A stretch of DNA of 64,000 nucleotides from Deferribacterales bacterium (GTDB lineage: Bacteria > Chrysiogenota > Deferribacteres > Deferribacterales > Geovibrionaceae): positions 1 through 64,000 of the forward strand of contig JBFWJS010000005.1 of the NCBI GenBank assembly GCA_050253075.1, read 5' to 3'. Below the pieces are notes generated by a model. The model was not told the DNA's origin. It made no database searches and saw only the letters and a program-made list of their open reading frames with translations. Made by a program: the position numbers and the translations under genes. This document shows positions 1 to 8,999 of this stretch, one piece after another (the first letter of the stretch is position 1; every line of letters begins with the position of its first letter).

Positions 1-123
1 GAAAAAGTCTCCTTGATGTAATTGTTATTGGAAAATCAATATACCATTTATGGGAGATTTCTTCTATTATTATCCTAGCTATAACAACAAGTTATTGCAT
101 TATGTCAAGGTGCGAAACTTGAG
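1..123 (-). mobile_element. Probable end of an insertion sequence (IS1634-like terminus) inserted in cheB-cheR; transposase presumably starts just left of the window
   Basis: The minus strand reads CTCAAGTTTCGCACC-TTGACA...AAGGAG from 123 towards 1, i.e. an IS-like terminus, a -35 box and an RBS. The cheBR frame ends abruptly within this sequence (…DDN|SSFAP*). Confidence 0.5.
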
Positions 124-1676
124 TTATCATCTATAATAATAAACCTATCAAAAAGCTGATACAAAGTAAGCTCGCTTAAATACTGATCTATATTAAACTT
201 ATTAGCAGATGTCTCCACTTCGTCTTTCTTATGAACATGGCTATAGTTATTTATGTGAATACGCCTAAACTTTGAATCGGCCTCACTAACTTCATATATT
301 CTAAGTTTGCTATCAATTGCCTTTATAATAGGGCTAAGATCACCTACTGTTTCTGATTTACCCAAAAACAGTACACCTCTAGGATTTAATGAGTAATAAA
401 ACTTACTCAGCACCTCTTTTTGTAAAATAGGCTTGAAGTATATCATAAGATTACGACAAGATATCAAATCAATTCTCAGAAAAGGAGGATCCTGTGTAAT
501 GTCGTGTCTGGAGAAAATAACATGTTCTCTAAGCGACTTAACAACCTCAAAGTTGCTGCCTGCACGACGAAAATACTTTTCGATCATGTGTTGAGGCATA
601 TCAGATAAAGATGCTTCTGAATAGACGCCTTTTCTAGCAATAGCCAAAGCACTCTCATCTATGTCAGTAGCAAATATTTGTATATCAATATTACCATGTC
701 TATTTTCAAACAGCTCATTCAAAATTATTGCGATACTGTATGCCTCTTCTCCTGTAGCACACGCAGCAACCCAAACTCTAAAAACTTCTGCTTCAGAATC
801 TCTATATTTATCCTCTAAGACTTCAGTGAGTTTCTCATATGCATCATTATCTCTGAAAAAAGAAGTAACACTTATCAGCAAGTCCTTAAATAAGTTAGAA
901 ATCTCTTTTTGATTTTTCTGGAGACATTTGACATAGTTGCTATAAGTATCAATACGTAAAGCTGCCATTCTCCTGCGTATTCTACGATCAATGGTATTTT
1001 CTTTATAACCATCAAGATCAATTTTATAATTTTTCTTTATTATATTAACAATCTTTTTATAATTACCAGGAGGTTGCTCTGATATCTCTTCAATATGTAT
1101 TGGTTTGTTATTTATGAATATATCTTCCAGCTCTGAATAAATACTTTCCGCTGGCGATATAATATCCACATCACCCGTCTCTATCGCTGAACGTGGCATC
1201 CCGTCATATTTTGCTTTTTGTGGCTCCTGTGCTATTGTAATACCACCGGCAGCCTTTATAGCCCTGACGCCAACCGCTCCATCAGAACCAGTCCCAGAGA
1301 GTATTATTCCGCAACAGTGTTGAGTATGCAAATCGGCTATAGATTTGAATAGAATATCAATAGAAGGCTTTGGCCCTACGAAATTATCAGGTGCAGTAAG
1401 TTTAAATGAGTTCTCTAAACAGTGAACATTGTAATTTGGAGGTGTTATATAAATTATATCAGTGACTATTTCATCCCCATCTGAAAGCTCTTTAACTTCA
1501 ATATTACTATTTTTTGCCAATAATGTAACAAGCATGCTTTTATGAGAAGGACTTAAATGCTGGGCAACGACATAACAGAATTTACCACTTGGCTTTATTG
1601 AACTTATAAAATCTTTAAGTGCCTCAAGTCCACCAGCACTGGCACCGATACCGATAATTATAGTTTTCTTATTCAC
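105..1676 (-). pseudogene. CheB methylesterase-CheR methyltransferase fusion, C-terminally truncated
   Basis: CheB motifs GIGASAGG, AQHL and ILSGTGSDG; CheR motifs VTSFFRD, ACATGEEAYS, ATDID and CRNLMIYF. A GTG start at 1676 follows GAGGTGG. The PAS/coiled-coil tail usual in these fusions is missing. Confidence 0.8.
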
Positions 1677-1821
1677 AAACCACCTCATAGAAAACACACC
1701 AAAAGTTGTCTCTGAAAATAATTTACAAAATATACCATTTGTTTTCAATGTATGCAGTCATAAAACCGTAATGCACCTGATTAAATGACCTAGGTCGAGT
1801 TTTTTAGACACCATAACTTTA

Positions 1822-2703
1822 TCATTTAGCGTAACGCTTCGTCAATTCTAATCGAGCATATGCAGCAGGTGAAAGATTACCAAGACTGGCATGTCTTCTA
1901 ACTCGATTGTAAAATATCTCAATGTATTCCTGAATGTCAGCCTCTGCTTCCTAACGGTTAGAATATTTCTGGTGATAGACCAGCTCATTCTTCAGCGTAC
2001 TAAAGAAGCTTTCTATAGGCGCATTATCGTAACAGTTACCCTTACGGCTCATTGAAACCTCGAAACCAAACTGCTCCAGCAAGGCTCTGTAACTCTTTGA
2101 GCAGTATTGCGACCCCCTGTCGGAATGATGGATTATGCCAGCAGGAGGACGTTTTAGCGATACAGCACGGAACAGAGCACGGCCAACGAGGTCTTGAGTC
2201 ATTCTGGAGTTCATAGCATAGCCCACAATCTCTTTATTCCATAAATCCTTTATCCCTGCCAGATACAGCCAGCCTTCGTCTGTGGCGCAATAGGTGATGT
2301 CAGATACCCATACCTGACAAGGACTGCATACTGAGAGATTCTGGTTCAACAAATTCGGTGCAACAGGATGATTGTGCTTTGAATTTGTCGTCGCTTTGAA
2401 TTTCTTAACCTGTTTACACCGAAGCCCCATTTCTTTGCGCAGACGCTTGATACGATGAAGGCTTACTTCTATATCATACTCATCTCTCAGTTCGTCATGA
2501 AGCTTCTCTACGCCATATGTGCCTCGCCCCTTCTTGTGAGCCATCCTGATAAATACTTTAAGCTTCTCATTGTCCTGAGAGCGTTTAGAGGCTTTACGAT
2601 TTATCCAAGAGTAATAGCTACTCCGGGATACTTTGAGAGTTTTACAGATTGCTGTTATAGGGAAACTGTTCTCCCTGTTTAAAGCCTCTACTTGTGCGTA
2701 CCT
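1822..2703 (-). pseudogene. IS3 OrfB DDE transposase with an in-frame nonsense codon
   Basis: Motifs WVSDITY, HHSDRGSQY and GNCYDNAPIESFF. TAG at 1951-1953 is followed in frame by the normal tail EAEADIQEYIEIFYNRVRRHASLGNLSP, ending at TGA 1822. The N-terminal boundary is approximate. Confidence 0.85.
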
Positions 2704-3002
2704 TTCTGAGGCTCTTGTGTAAGGTACGCCATAGCCGTTTTTAAGATTTCTCTCTCCAGGCGAACCTGTGAAAGCTCTTTTTTAAGGCGGGAGACTTCCG
2801 CCTCTAGCTCTGTTACAGTTCGGCTACCTGATTTATCTTTAAGGCTGCCTTCCTTATGCTTCTTAATCCAGTTACGCAACGTCTGCTCTGATAAACTGAG
2901 TTGACGGCTAACCTCTGCTACTGAAAGACCTCCGTTCAACACTAAAGAGACTGCTTCTTCTTTAAAGGCGTGGGTGTAGAAACTTCTCGGTAATCTCTCC
3001 AT
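2688..3002 (-). CDS. IS3 OrfA (HTH transposase subunit)
   Basis: YTHAFKEEAV…LRNWIKK HTH plus the LKKELSQVRLEREILK coiled coil; GGAGG RBS before the ATG at 3002. Confidence 0.9.
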   Translation of the reverse strand: MERLPRSFYTHAFKEEAVSLVLNGGLSVAEVSRQLSLSEQTLRNWIKKHKEGSLKDKSGSRTVTELEAEVSRLKKELSQVRLEREILKTAMAYLTQEPQKGTHK

Positions 3003-3065
3003 GGACTTTCCTCCGGTTATATTATTTATACCAGCTATGGTGTCCAATTTTTCCGACCTACCTCA

Positions 3066-3239
3066 GAAGTCATAGAGGATGCAGCACAAACAGCACTTGG
3101 ATTGGATTTGTGTCATACAGTTGGAGCGCTGGATAAATTGATAAAGTCTAAGGCATATGCTGTTGCCACAGAGGATGAAGAGCTTATAGAGGCAAACTTT
3201 GAGCACGAAAACATTCGTGGAGCCTCTTATTACAAGTAA
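3066..3239 (+). pseudogene. istA: C-terminal remnant of IS21-family transposase IstA
   Basis: Translates to EVIEDAA…EHENIRGASYYK*. HxNIRGxxYY is the typical IstA C-terminus. The fragment abuts the IS3 end. Confidence 0.8.
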
Positions 3240-3249
3240 GGAGAACAAT

Positions 3250-3990
3250 ATGCTTACAAATATGACAATTCAGAAAATGCAATCACTGAAGCTGGGGGGA
3301 ATGGCGCAAGCCTTTGAAGATCAGCTTGCTGACCCTAACATCGCCCAACTGTCCTTTGAAGAAAGAGTTGGACTGCTGATTGACAGGGAAGAAACACATA
3401 GGGCGAATGCGAGAATCCAAAGGCTGCTTAAACAGGCGAAATTCAAATATCCATCTGCTTGTGTCGAAGATATCGATTATACGAGTAACAGGGGGCTTGA
3501 TAAGAGTGTATTGAGTCAACTACTCAATATGACATGGATAGAAAAAAGGCTTAACCTGACCATCACAGGCCCAACAGGAACAGGCAAAACATGGCTCGCA
3601 AATGCTATTGGCAACAAGGCATGCAGGTCTGGTATATCAACTCTCTTTTACAGGATATCTTTCATATTGGAAGAATGTAAAACCGCAAAACTGCAAGGAG
3701 AGTTTATAAAAACTATCAACAAGTTTACAAAACCAGACTTATTAATTATTGATGATTTTGGCGTGGGTAACATAGACTCAAAAATGCGTGGAGATCTCCT
3801 TGAAGTTATCGAAAGCCGCTCAGAGAATAAATCCACAATAATAACAAGTCAGCTGCCGACTGCTAACTGGCACGACTATCTGGGGGACACCAACAAGACT
3901 TCTTCTGATGCTATTATAGATCGGATACTAGGCGGGTGTTATAAGCTAGAGCTAAAAGGCGACTCACTCAGAAAACACAAAAAATTATAA
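3250..3990 (+). CDS. istB: IS21-family helper ATPase IstB
   Basis: Walker A GPTGTGKT, LLIIDDFG, TSQLP…W and DAIIDR; AAGGAG RBS before the ATG at 3250. Confidence 0.93.
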   Translation: MLTNMTIQKMQSLKLGGMAQAFEDQLADPNIAQLSFEERVGLLIDREETHRANARIQRLLKQAKFKYPSACVEDIDYTSNRGLDKSVLSQLLNMTWIEKRLNLTITGPTGTGKTWLANAIGNKACRSGISTLFYRISFILEECKTAKLQGEFIKTINKFTKPDLLIIDDFGVGNIDSKMRGDLLEVIESRSENKSTIITSQLPTANWHDYLGDTNKTSSDAIIDRILGGCYKLELKGDSLRKHKKL

Positions 3991-4090
3991 GGGGCAGCAA
4001 GCCCCTTTTATTTTGCCCATTTATAGAACCTAGTCATTGTCACATTCCTTAATATAAGACGAATAAGCTTACAGTAAAATATCAGTAGCA

Positions 4091-4187
4091 GTGGCAGGTA
4101 TAGCTCCAGAATAGGTGGCGGTTTTCAGAGCAGAATCACTGGCGGGATTCCAGCAGATTGGGTGGCGGGATTACTACAGAATATGCA
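4091..4187 (+). repeat. IS21 right end: four ~23-24 bp subterminal repeats ending in terminal CA
   Basis: (G/C)TGGC…CAGA(A/T)T units repeated four times, ending …CAGAATATGCA at 4187. Confidence 0.8.
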
Positions 4188-4256
4188 CTCTTTGGCTGAA
4201 AAATTACAAATATAGGTTTTACCTTATAAATTTGAATCATAATTATAAGCTATTCC

Positions 4257-6632
4257 TTATCCTGCGATCTGATTGATCAGGCTTCCGATTTCAAAGACGT
4301 TGTATTTTGCAGGGTCTTTGAATTTTTGTTTCTGGTAAGTCCTGATTTTAAACTTGATGGTTTCAATCGAGCATGAATCATCAATGCCCTGCTCCTTACA
4401 GAATGAAGTAATCTTTTCAACTGCCTTCTTCTGAATCACAGCCACATTATCCCTTGTTGTCCCCATAAGCACCGCCGCTTCACTCTGAGACAGCTTCCCC
4501 CTGTCTGTAAAACCCAGAACATAGTCTAAAACCTCCTCTTCTCTCACAGTGAGTATCCCAAGCAGTGTTTTGATAATTTCTTCGTTTAAACGGCCGTTTT
4601 CGGGCTCATCGTCCTTTACCGACAGCTCATTGTCAGTGAATTCCTCAAAGACACACGCAGACTTGTTGCCGTCTTTAAAAACATCCCGCATGGCAGGCAC
4701 AGTCTGCATGCCTTTTGTGAACCTGCTTCGGAAATTATTCCATATGCGCTCTTCGAATTTGCTTACAGGCACACAGCCGTCAAACTCCGCCAGCATCTCC
4801 TGCAGCACTTCATATACTACGATCAGCACCTCCTGCCTGTAATCATTCGTTGAATAGGTGCTGAACACCTCAAAATCCCTTATAAAGCCTTTGATCTTTT
4901 TATAGCTCTTATCCGCCCACTTAAAAGCGGCCGACCATACAGCCTCACTGTCGGCTGGATCAGCTTTTATTGTCTTATCTGGATCGTCGGGGTCATTATT
5001 GTGCCCAGGGCAATAAATGCAGTAATCCAGAGGCTCAGTCTCCATTACACGCACAAAACAGCATCCGCTGCAGCTTTCATAGCACTTCGCGGCTTTATCT
5101 CTGAGTTCAGCTTCACCTTTTTCTTTCAGGGCAAAATCATTCTTCGTACATTTGCCGCAGTAAGGGAAAGGTGTAGACATGCGAAGCTTCTTCACAACGC
5201 AGTACGATCTAGCCTTGCACTCTTCAAACATCTCGTTTTCGACCTCTTCAGGCGTTTTCTTTGGCCGGAGGTCTTTGTTTATAAACTGATCACAGTATCT
5301 GCAATGCGGCCTTGCCGGAAAATTATCCATAATCACAGAACAATCAGTGTTGCTGGAGCAGCATCTCTGAGCTTTCTCATAAACAGATTCAGTTTCAGAT
5401 TCATACTGACCGGATATAACCTTTCCGGCATTATTCAGAATGAAGCTGAAAGAAGGCTTAAATTTGCCAGAATGCCCTAACAGGAAATCAGACTTTTTGA
5501 CACCATCAAAGATCAGCTCAACAGCTTCCGCACCATATTCAGCCATAAGGTTTTGAATATGATCAAGCCTGCTGTCATTTCTCCTGATCGTTTTCTCAGG
5601 ATCAATAAGACTCAGGTAATAACCCACAGCTTTATCAAAAGCAGCATTTACAGTTTCGGTGTCGAAATTTATCTTTTTTTGTAAACTGGCAGTTTCTTCA
5701 TGACGGACTTCATCCGCTATAGTCTCTGTAGTCTCTGTATTAGTCTCTGTATATATATGAGAACTGGTCATTTTGCACTGACCATCCGGCCAATCTGCAC
5801 TGGCGATGTGGTCATTTTGCACTGACGTCTGGTCACTTTGCACACACGTCCGGTCATTCTGCACTGACGCAATATTTTTAGCTTGCGACTGGTCAGATTG
5901 CACTAGCGTCTGGTCAATCTGCACCCTCGACAGGTCACTTTGCACTGACGACTGGTCATTCTGCACTGACGGTTTATTAAATTTATCGTAATTAATTGTC
6001 AGCCAGCGTAAATTGCTGATCACCGAATCATTGTATTCATCAGTGTTAATTATAGCTTCCTTTTCGGTGAGGCTTTTTATAGTTCTTTTGAGGGTGTCCA
6101 CGCTCCAGAAACTGAACTGATCGAGCCAGGTCTTGTATTTGTTCACAACCCAAAGACACCCTCCCCTCTCCTTGCTGCTGTAGCTCAGCCAGTAATGCAG
6201 CTGCTGAAGAAAGATAGCTTCATTCAGACCATATTTAACAGCAAGCGACGGCTGAAACAGAAGAGGATATTCATCTATGATCAGGTCTGTGCCGTCACTA
6301 AGCCCCGTATAGTCCGCAAGGGTTTTGTAGTCAATACGATACCATTTGGTTTTATTAATGCTCTGATTGAATTCTATGGTTGAGATTATGATCTCTTTAT
6401 CTTCGAGTTTCTTCACTGTCCGACGGAGAGTCTTTTCTGACCAGAACGGGAACTGCTCCAGCCATTGGGCATAAGTATTATATATCCATCTGTACCCGCC
6501 ACGATCATGCTTTGATATTCTCAGCCAGTAATGAATCTGCTGCAGAAGGATACCTTCATTGAGCCCTATTGACTTGGCAAGTGAAGGAAGGATCAGCAGC
6601 GGCGGTTCATTGATGAGATATTTATTATTCAT
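4257..6632 (-). CDS. Multidomain phage-type replication initiator fused to Cys-rich repeats and a sigma-70-like C-terminus
   Basis: Two copies of LI(N/D)ExPL…PSLAxxxGLNExIxLQQxHYWL…FWS; a repeat linker; a replisome-organiser-like FxFILxNxxKVISGxY segment; three Cx5-6C…CxxC units; and a region-4-like LTVREEEVLDYVLG…SQSEAAVLMGTTRDNVAVIQKKAVEKI. Confidence 0.7.
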   Translation of the reverse strand: MNNKYLINEPPLLILPSLAKSIGLNEGILLQQIHYWLRISKHDRGGYRWIYNTYAQWLEQFPFWSEKTLRRTVKKLEDKEIIISTIEFNQSINKTKWYRIDYKTLADYTGLSDGTDLIIDEYPLLFQPSLAVKYGLNEAIFLQQLHYWLSYSSKERGGCLWVVNKYKTWLDQFSFWSVDTLKRTIKSLTEKEAIINTDEYNDSVISNLRWLTINYDKFNKPSVQNDQSSVQSDLSRVQIDQTLVQSDQSQAKNIASVQNDRTCVQSDQTSVQNDHIASADWPDGQCKMTSSHIYTETNTETTETIADEVRHEETASLQKKINFDTETVNAAFDKAVGYYLSLIDPEKTIRRNDSRLDHIQNLMAEYGAEAVELIFDGVKKSDFLLGHSGKFKPSFSFILNNAGKVISGQYESETESVYEKAQRCCSSNTDCSVIMDNFPARPHCRYCDQFINKDLRPKKTPEEVENEMFEECKARSYCVVKKLRMSTPFPYCGKCTKNDFALKEKGEAELRDKAAKCYESCSGCCFVRVMETEPLDYCIYCPGHNNDPDDPDKTIKADPADSEAVWSAAFKWADKSYKKIKGFIRDFEVFSTYSTNDYRQEVLIVVYEVLQEMLAEFDGCVPVSKFEERIWNNFRSRFTKGMQTVPAMRDVFKDGNKSACVFEEFTDNELSVKDDEPENGRLNEEIIKTLLGILTVREEEVLDYVLGFTDRGKLSQSEAAVLMGTTRDNVAVIQKKAVEKITSFCKEQGIDDSCSIETIKFKIRTYQKQKFKDPAKYNVFEIGSLINQIAG
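5764..5972. repeat. Nine ~21-bp iteron-like tandem repeats inside the initiator gene (candidate replication origin)
   Basis: Units start at 5764, 5786, 5808, 5829, 5850, 5889, 5910, 5931 and 5952, with consensus CTGGTCANNYTGCACTGACG. AGTCTCTGT x3 and TATATATA lie at 5721-5758. Confidence 0.8.
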
Positions 6633-6825
6633 ATATTTCGTTTAGAGATATTCTGATGCCTTTGCTTTCAAGAAATGAAATATATTTACGGGCATTCCTG
6701 ATTGTAGGCCTGCTCCTGCCGGTAAGATTAGCAGAGAATGTTTTTTCGTTGATTGGAATCTGAGATGCCAATGACTTCTGAGATTCTGCAATAATAAGCT
6801 CCTTAAATAACTTCTTTAAAGACAT
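6625..6825 (-). CDS. Cro-like small HTH regulator
   Basis: SQKSLASQIPINEKTFSANLTGRSRP HTH; CAGGAGG RBS; divergent from the XRE repressor and overlapping the initiator start. Confidence 0.75.
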   Translation of the reverse strand: MSLKKLFKELIIAESQKSLASQIPINEKTFSANLTGRSRPTIRNARKYISFLESKGIRISLNEIYE

Positions 6826-6862
6826 GTTTCCTCCTGATAAAGAAATAACACACAGAACACGA

Positions 6863-6923
6863 AAAATCTATTATTTTTAGATTTTATCAGATCCCATGAA
6901 AATATTTCTACAATATTAAGATT
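6863..6923. promoter_or_regulatory. Two operator-like palindromes AATCTA-N7-TAGATT in the divergent switch region
   Basis: AATCTA ttatttt TAGATT at 6865-6883 and TTTCTA caatatt AAGATT at 6905-6923. Confidence 0.65.
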
Positions 6924-6954
6924 TACTTTATTAAGAATACTGGCATAATTCTGT

Positions 6955-7401
6955 ATGGATACTTTTGCAGAAAGACTCAAAGCACTTATTGAAACTAAGA
7001 AGATCAAGCAGACAGAACTGGCCGACCTTATTGGCGTAAACTCAAAAAGCATAAATACTTATGTCGGTGGTAGATCAGAGCCAAACCTTAACCTGCTTAA
7101 AAAGATGGCTGAAAAACTTGAAGTCCCCATAGAGTATTTCTTCGGTTACATATCCCTAAACGACGCTTTGAAATCGTCAGAGAGCTCTAATAAAAGAGAA
7201 ATCATCAGACTAATCAACAATATCGAAGCAGACATATCGCCTGAAGCAGTCAGGCTTATAAAAATGATTCTTCTGACATTCAATCATAATATAGCAGACA
7301 AAATAGACATGCTTCTTAAGCTTGATTCAGAAGGGCTTGCAGAAATAGCAAACCAGATAAACAAAGAATACTCCATACAGGAATTCAACAAAAAATCATA
7401 A
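6955..7401 (+). CDS. XRE-family (CI-like) repressor
   Basis: FAERLKAL…QTELADLIGV…INTYVGGRSEP HTH_3 pattern. Confidence 0.88.
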   Translation: MDTFAERLKALIETKKIKQTELADLIGVNSKSINTYVGGRSEPNLNLLKKMAEKLEVPIEYFFGYISLNDALKSSESSNKREIIRLINNIEADISPEAVRLIKMILLTFNHNIADKIDMLLKLDSEGLAEIANQINKEYSIQEFNKKS

Positions 7402-7486
7402 AACGAACCACAACATCAACGCATAACTTCTTTCAAATTTTTCATTTTCAATCCTAATGATAAAACTATTCTAATTAGACTTACTC

Positions 7487-7515
7487 TTGACAATCTACAA
7501 ATATTAGATTTTAAT
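7487..7515 (+). promoter_or_regulatory. Sigma-70 promoter of the xis-int operon with an operator between -35 and -10
   Basis: TTGACA (7487)-17 bp-TTTAAT (7510), with AATCTA caaatat TAGATT at 7492-7510. Confidence 0.7.
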
Positions 7516-7520
7516 CAGCT

Positions 7521-7703
7521 ATGGATTTGATGAAAAACTGTCACGGCAAATACAATTTGACCTATAAGCTTGGAAACAAATCATACCTCTGCTCATCTGG
7601 CGGCAGGCTCATTGAATTTGACTCCAGAGAAGAAGCCGAGCAGGTAAAAAAGAAAATTGAAACTATCATAGAGAGAATGAGCATTGATAATGGCAGAGAG
7701 TGA
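7521..7703 (+). CDS. Small hypothetical protein, first gene of the xis-int operon
   Basis: 60-aa ORF directly after the promoter and overlapping the xis-like gene. Confidence 0.5.
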   Translation: MDLMKNCHGKYNLTYKLGNKSYLCSSGGRLIEFDSREEAEQVKKKIETIIERMSIDNGRE

Positions 7704-7986
7704 AAAGATTTTAGAAAAACTATCACTACTTGAACATCTTGTAGCAAACCAATGCAGCATCGCCCCAAGATGGCTGTCTATGAAAGACGCTTGCGCATAT
7801 GCAGGGAAGAAATCCCGAAACTGGATGCAGGAAAAGCTCCAATCCGGTGACATATACGGATATCAGGAAAACAATAAAGGGAATTGGGTCATAGACAAAA
7901 CTTCCATTGATGAATACTTTTTAGGCTTGTCCGCTTCAACCAAATCAAAATTGCTTGATTTGAAAAAGCGAACAGGGTTATCATAA
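7690..7986 (+). CDS. Excisionase/RDF-like winged-HTH protein
   Basis: WLSMKDACAYAG…KLQSGDIYG…GNWVIDKTSIDEY; translationally coupled to the integrase. Confidence 0.75.
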   Translation: MAESEKILEKLSLLEHLVANQCSIAPRWLSMKDACAYAGKKSRNWMQEKLQSGDIYGYQENNKGNWVIDKTSIDEYFLGLSASTKSKLLDLKKRTGLS

Positions 7987-8993
7987 TGGAAATGAGACTG
8001 TTCAAAAGAGAAAACGGGACTTGGTATATTCAGTTTGAACGAGGAAATAAAAAGTCCCTGAAAACAAAGAACAAACTTGAAGCTCAGCGAATATACAACG
8101 AGTATGTCAAACAGGCAATGGATGGCAAAATCGTTAACCTTCACAATTCTGAATTTTTGTCTGAGTTTAAAGAATCCTGCCTTGATGATATCAAAGCGAC
8201 AAAATCAGCAGCCTATCACACATCGATGACATACAGCCTTGATGCCTTTCTGGATATAACAGGAGACAAAGAAATCTCCAAATTAACAAAAAGAGATATG
8301 GCAAAGTTTGTAGAACACAGACTTGCATCAGGAAAATCAAAAACCACAGTCAATATTGATATAAGAAACGTAAAATCAGCTCTTTCAAAAGCTGTAGAAT
8401 GGGAACTGATCAGTAAGAACCCGATGCATGGTTATAAACAGCTTCGTATCGACAGAAAAGCTCCTGCCTTTCTGACTATGGAAGACATCCCTAAAGTAGC
8501 TGACAAAATTGAGCACCCTGTCGTCAAACAGGCATTTTACTTCTACCTGCTCACAGGATGCCGGAGAGAAGAAATAATTTCTCTTACATGGAAAGACATC
8601 GACTTAAAGAACAACAGAATCCATATCAAGAAAACCAAAACTCATCTGGATAGACACATCCCCATTAACAGTAATCTTAAAAGCATGATTGAAAGCATTG
8701 AACATCGTGTCGGATATCTGTTCCCTGGCAGATGCAAAGGGAAACATATCAATAAAGACACCATGACACATTTAATCAAAAAAGCACTCACTGAAGCTGG
8801 GTTTGGACACATGAGACTTCACGATCTCCGTCACACATTCGCAAGCTTGCTTGCAATGAACAATATTCCCCTGAAAGCAATCGGCGAACTACTCGGCCAC
8901 ACCGATAGCCGGACGACTGAAATATATGCACATCTCACAAAAGACTATCTTGAAAACGCTGTAGACACTCTTGATATCAAAACCAACGACTGA
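7986..8993 (+). CDS. Tyrosine recombinase (integrase 1)
   Basis: Catalytic motifs TGCRREE, KKTKT, HDLRH, LLGH and TEIY; adjacent to the att site. Confidence 0.96.
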   Translation: MEMRLFKRENGTWYIQFERGNKKSLKTKNKLEAQRIYNEYVKQAMDGKIVNLHNSEFLSEFKESCLDDIKATKSAAYHTSMTYSLDAFLDITGDKEISKLTKRDMAKFVEHRLASGKSKTTVNIDIRNVKSALSKAVEWELISKNPMHGYKQLRIDRKAPAFLTMEDIPKVADKIEHPVVKQAFYFYLLTGCRREEIISLTWKDIDLKNNRIHIKKTKTHLDRHIPINSNLKSMIESIEHRVGYLFPGRCKGKHINKDTMTHLIKKALTEAGFGHMRLHDLRHTFASLLAMNNIPLKAIGELLGHTDSRTTEIYAHLTKDYLENAVDTLDIKTND

Positions 8994-8999
8994 AACGTC

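Larger units (their letters stand above)
1786..3065 (-). mobile_element. IS3-family insertion sequence (~1.28 kb)
   Basis: Imperfect terminal IRs: TGACCTAGGTCGAGTTTTTTAGACACCA (1786, + strand) and TGAGGTAGGTCGGAAAAATTGGACACCA (3065, - strand). orfA/orfB layout. No matching target duplication on the flanks. Confidence 0.93.

Noticed and set aside
1951..1953. Programmed amber read-through in IS3 orfB
   Set aside because: A simple nonsense mutation is more parsimonious; other genes in the window use TAG as a normal stop.
4091..4187. Mini-CRISPR or novel repeat
   Set aside because: Explained by IS21 subterminal repeats ending in CA downstream of istB.
5764..5972. CRISPR array
   Set aside because: Degenerate head-to-tail repeats without unique spacers, inside an ORF, and no cas genes.
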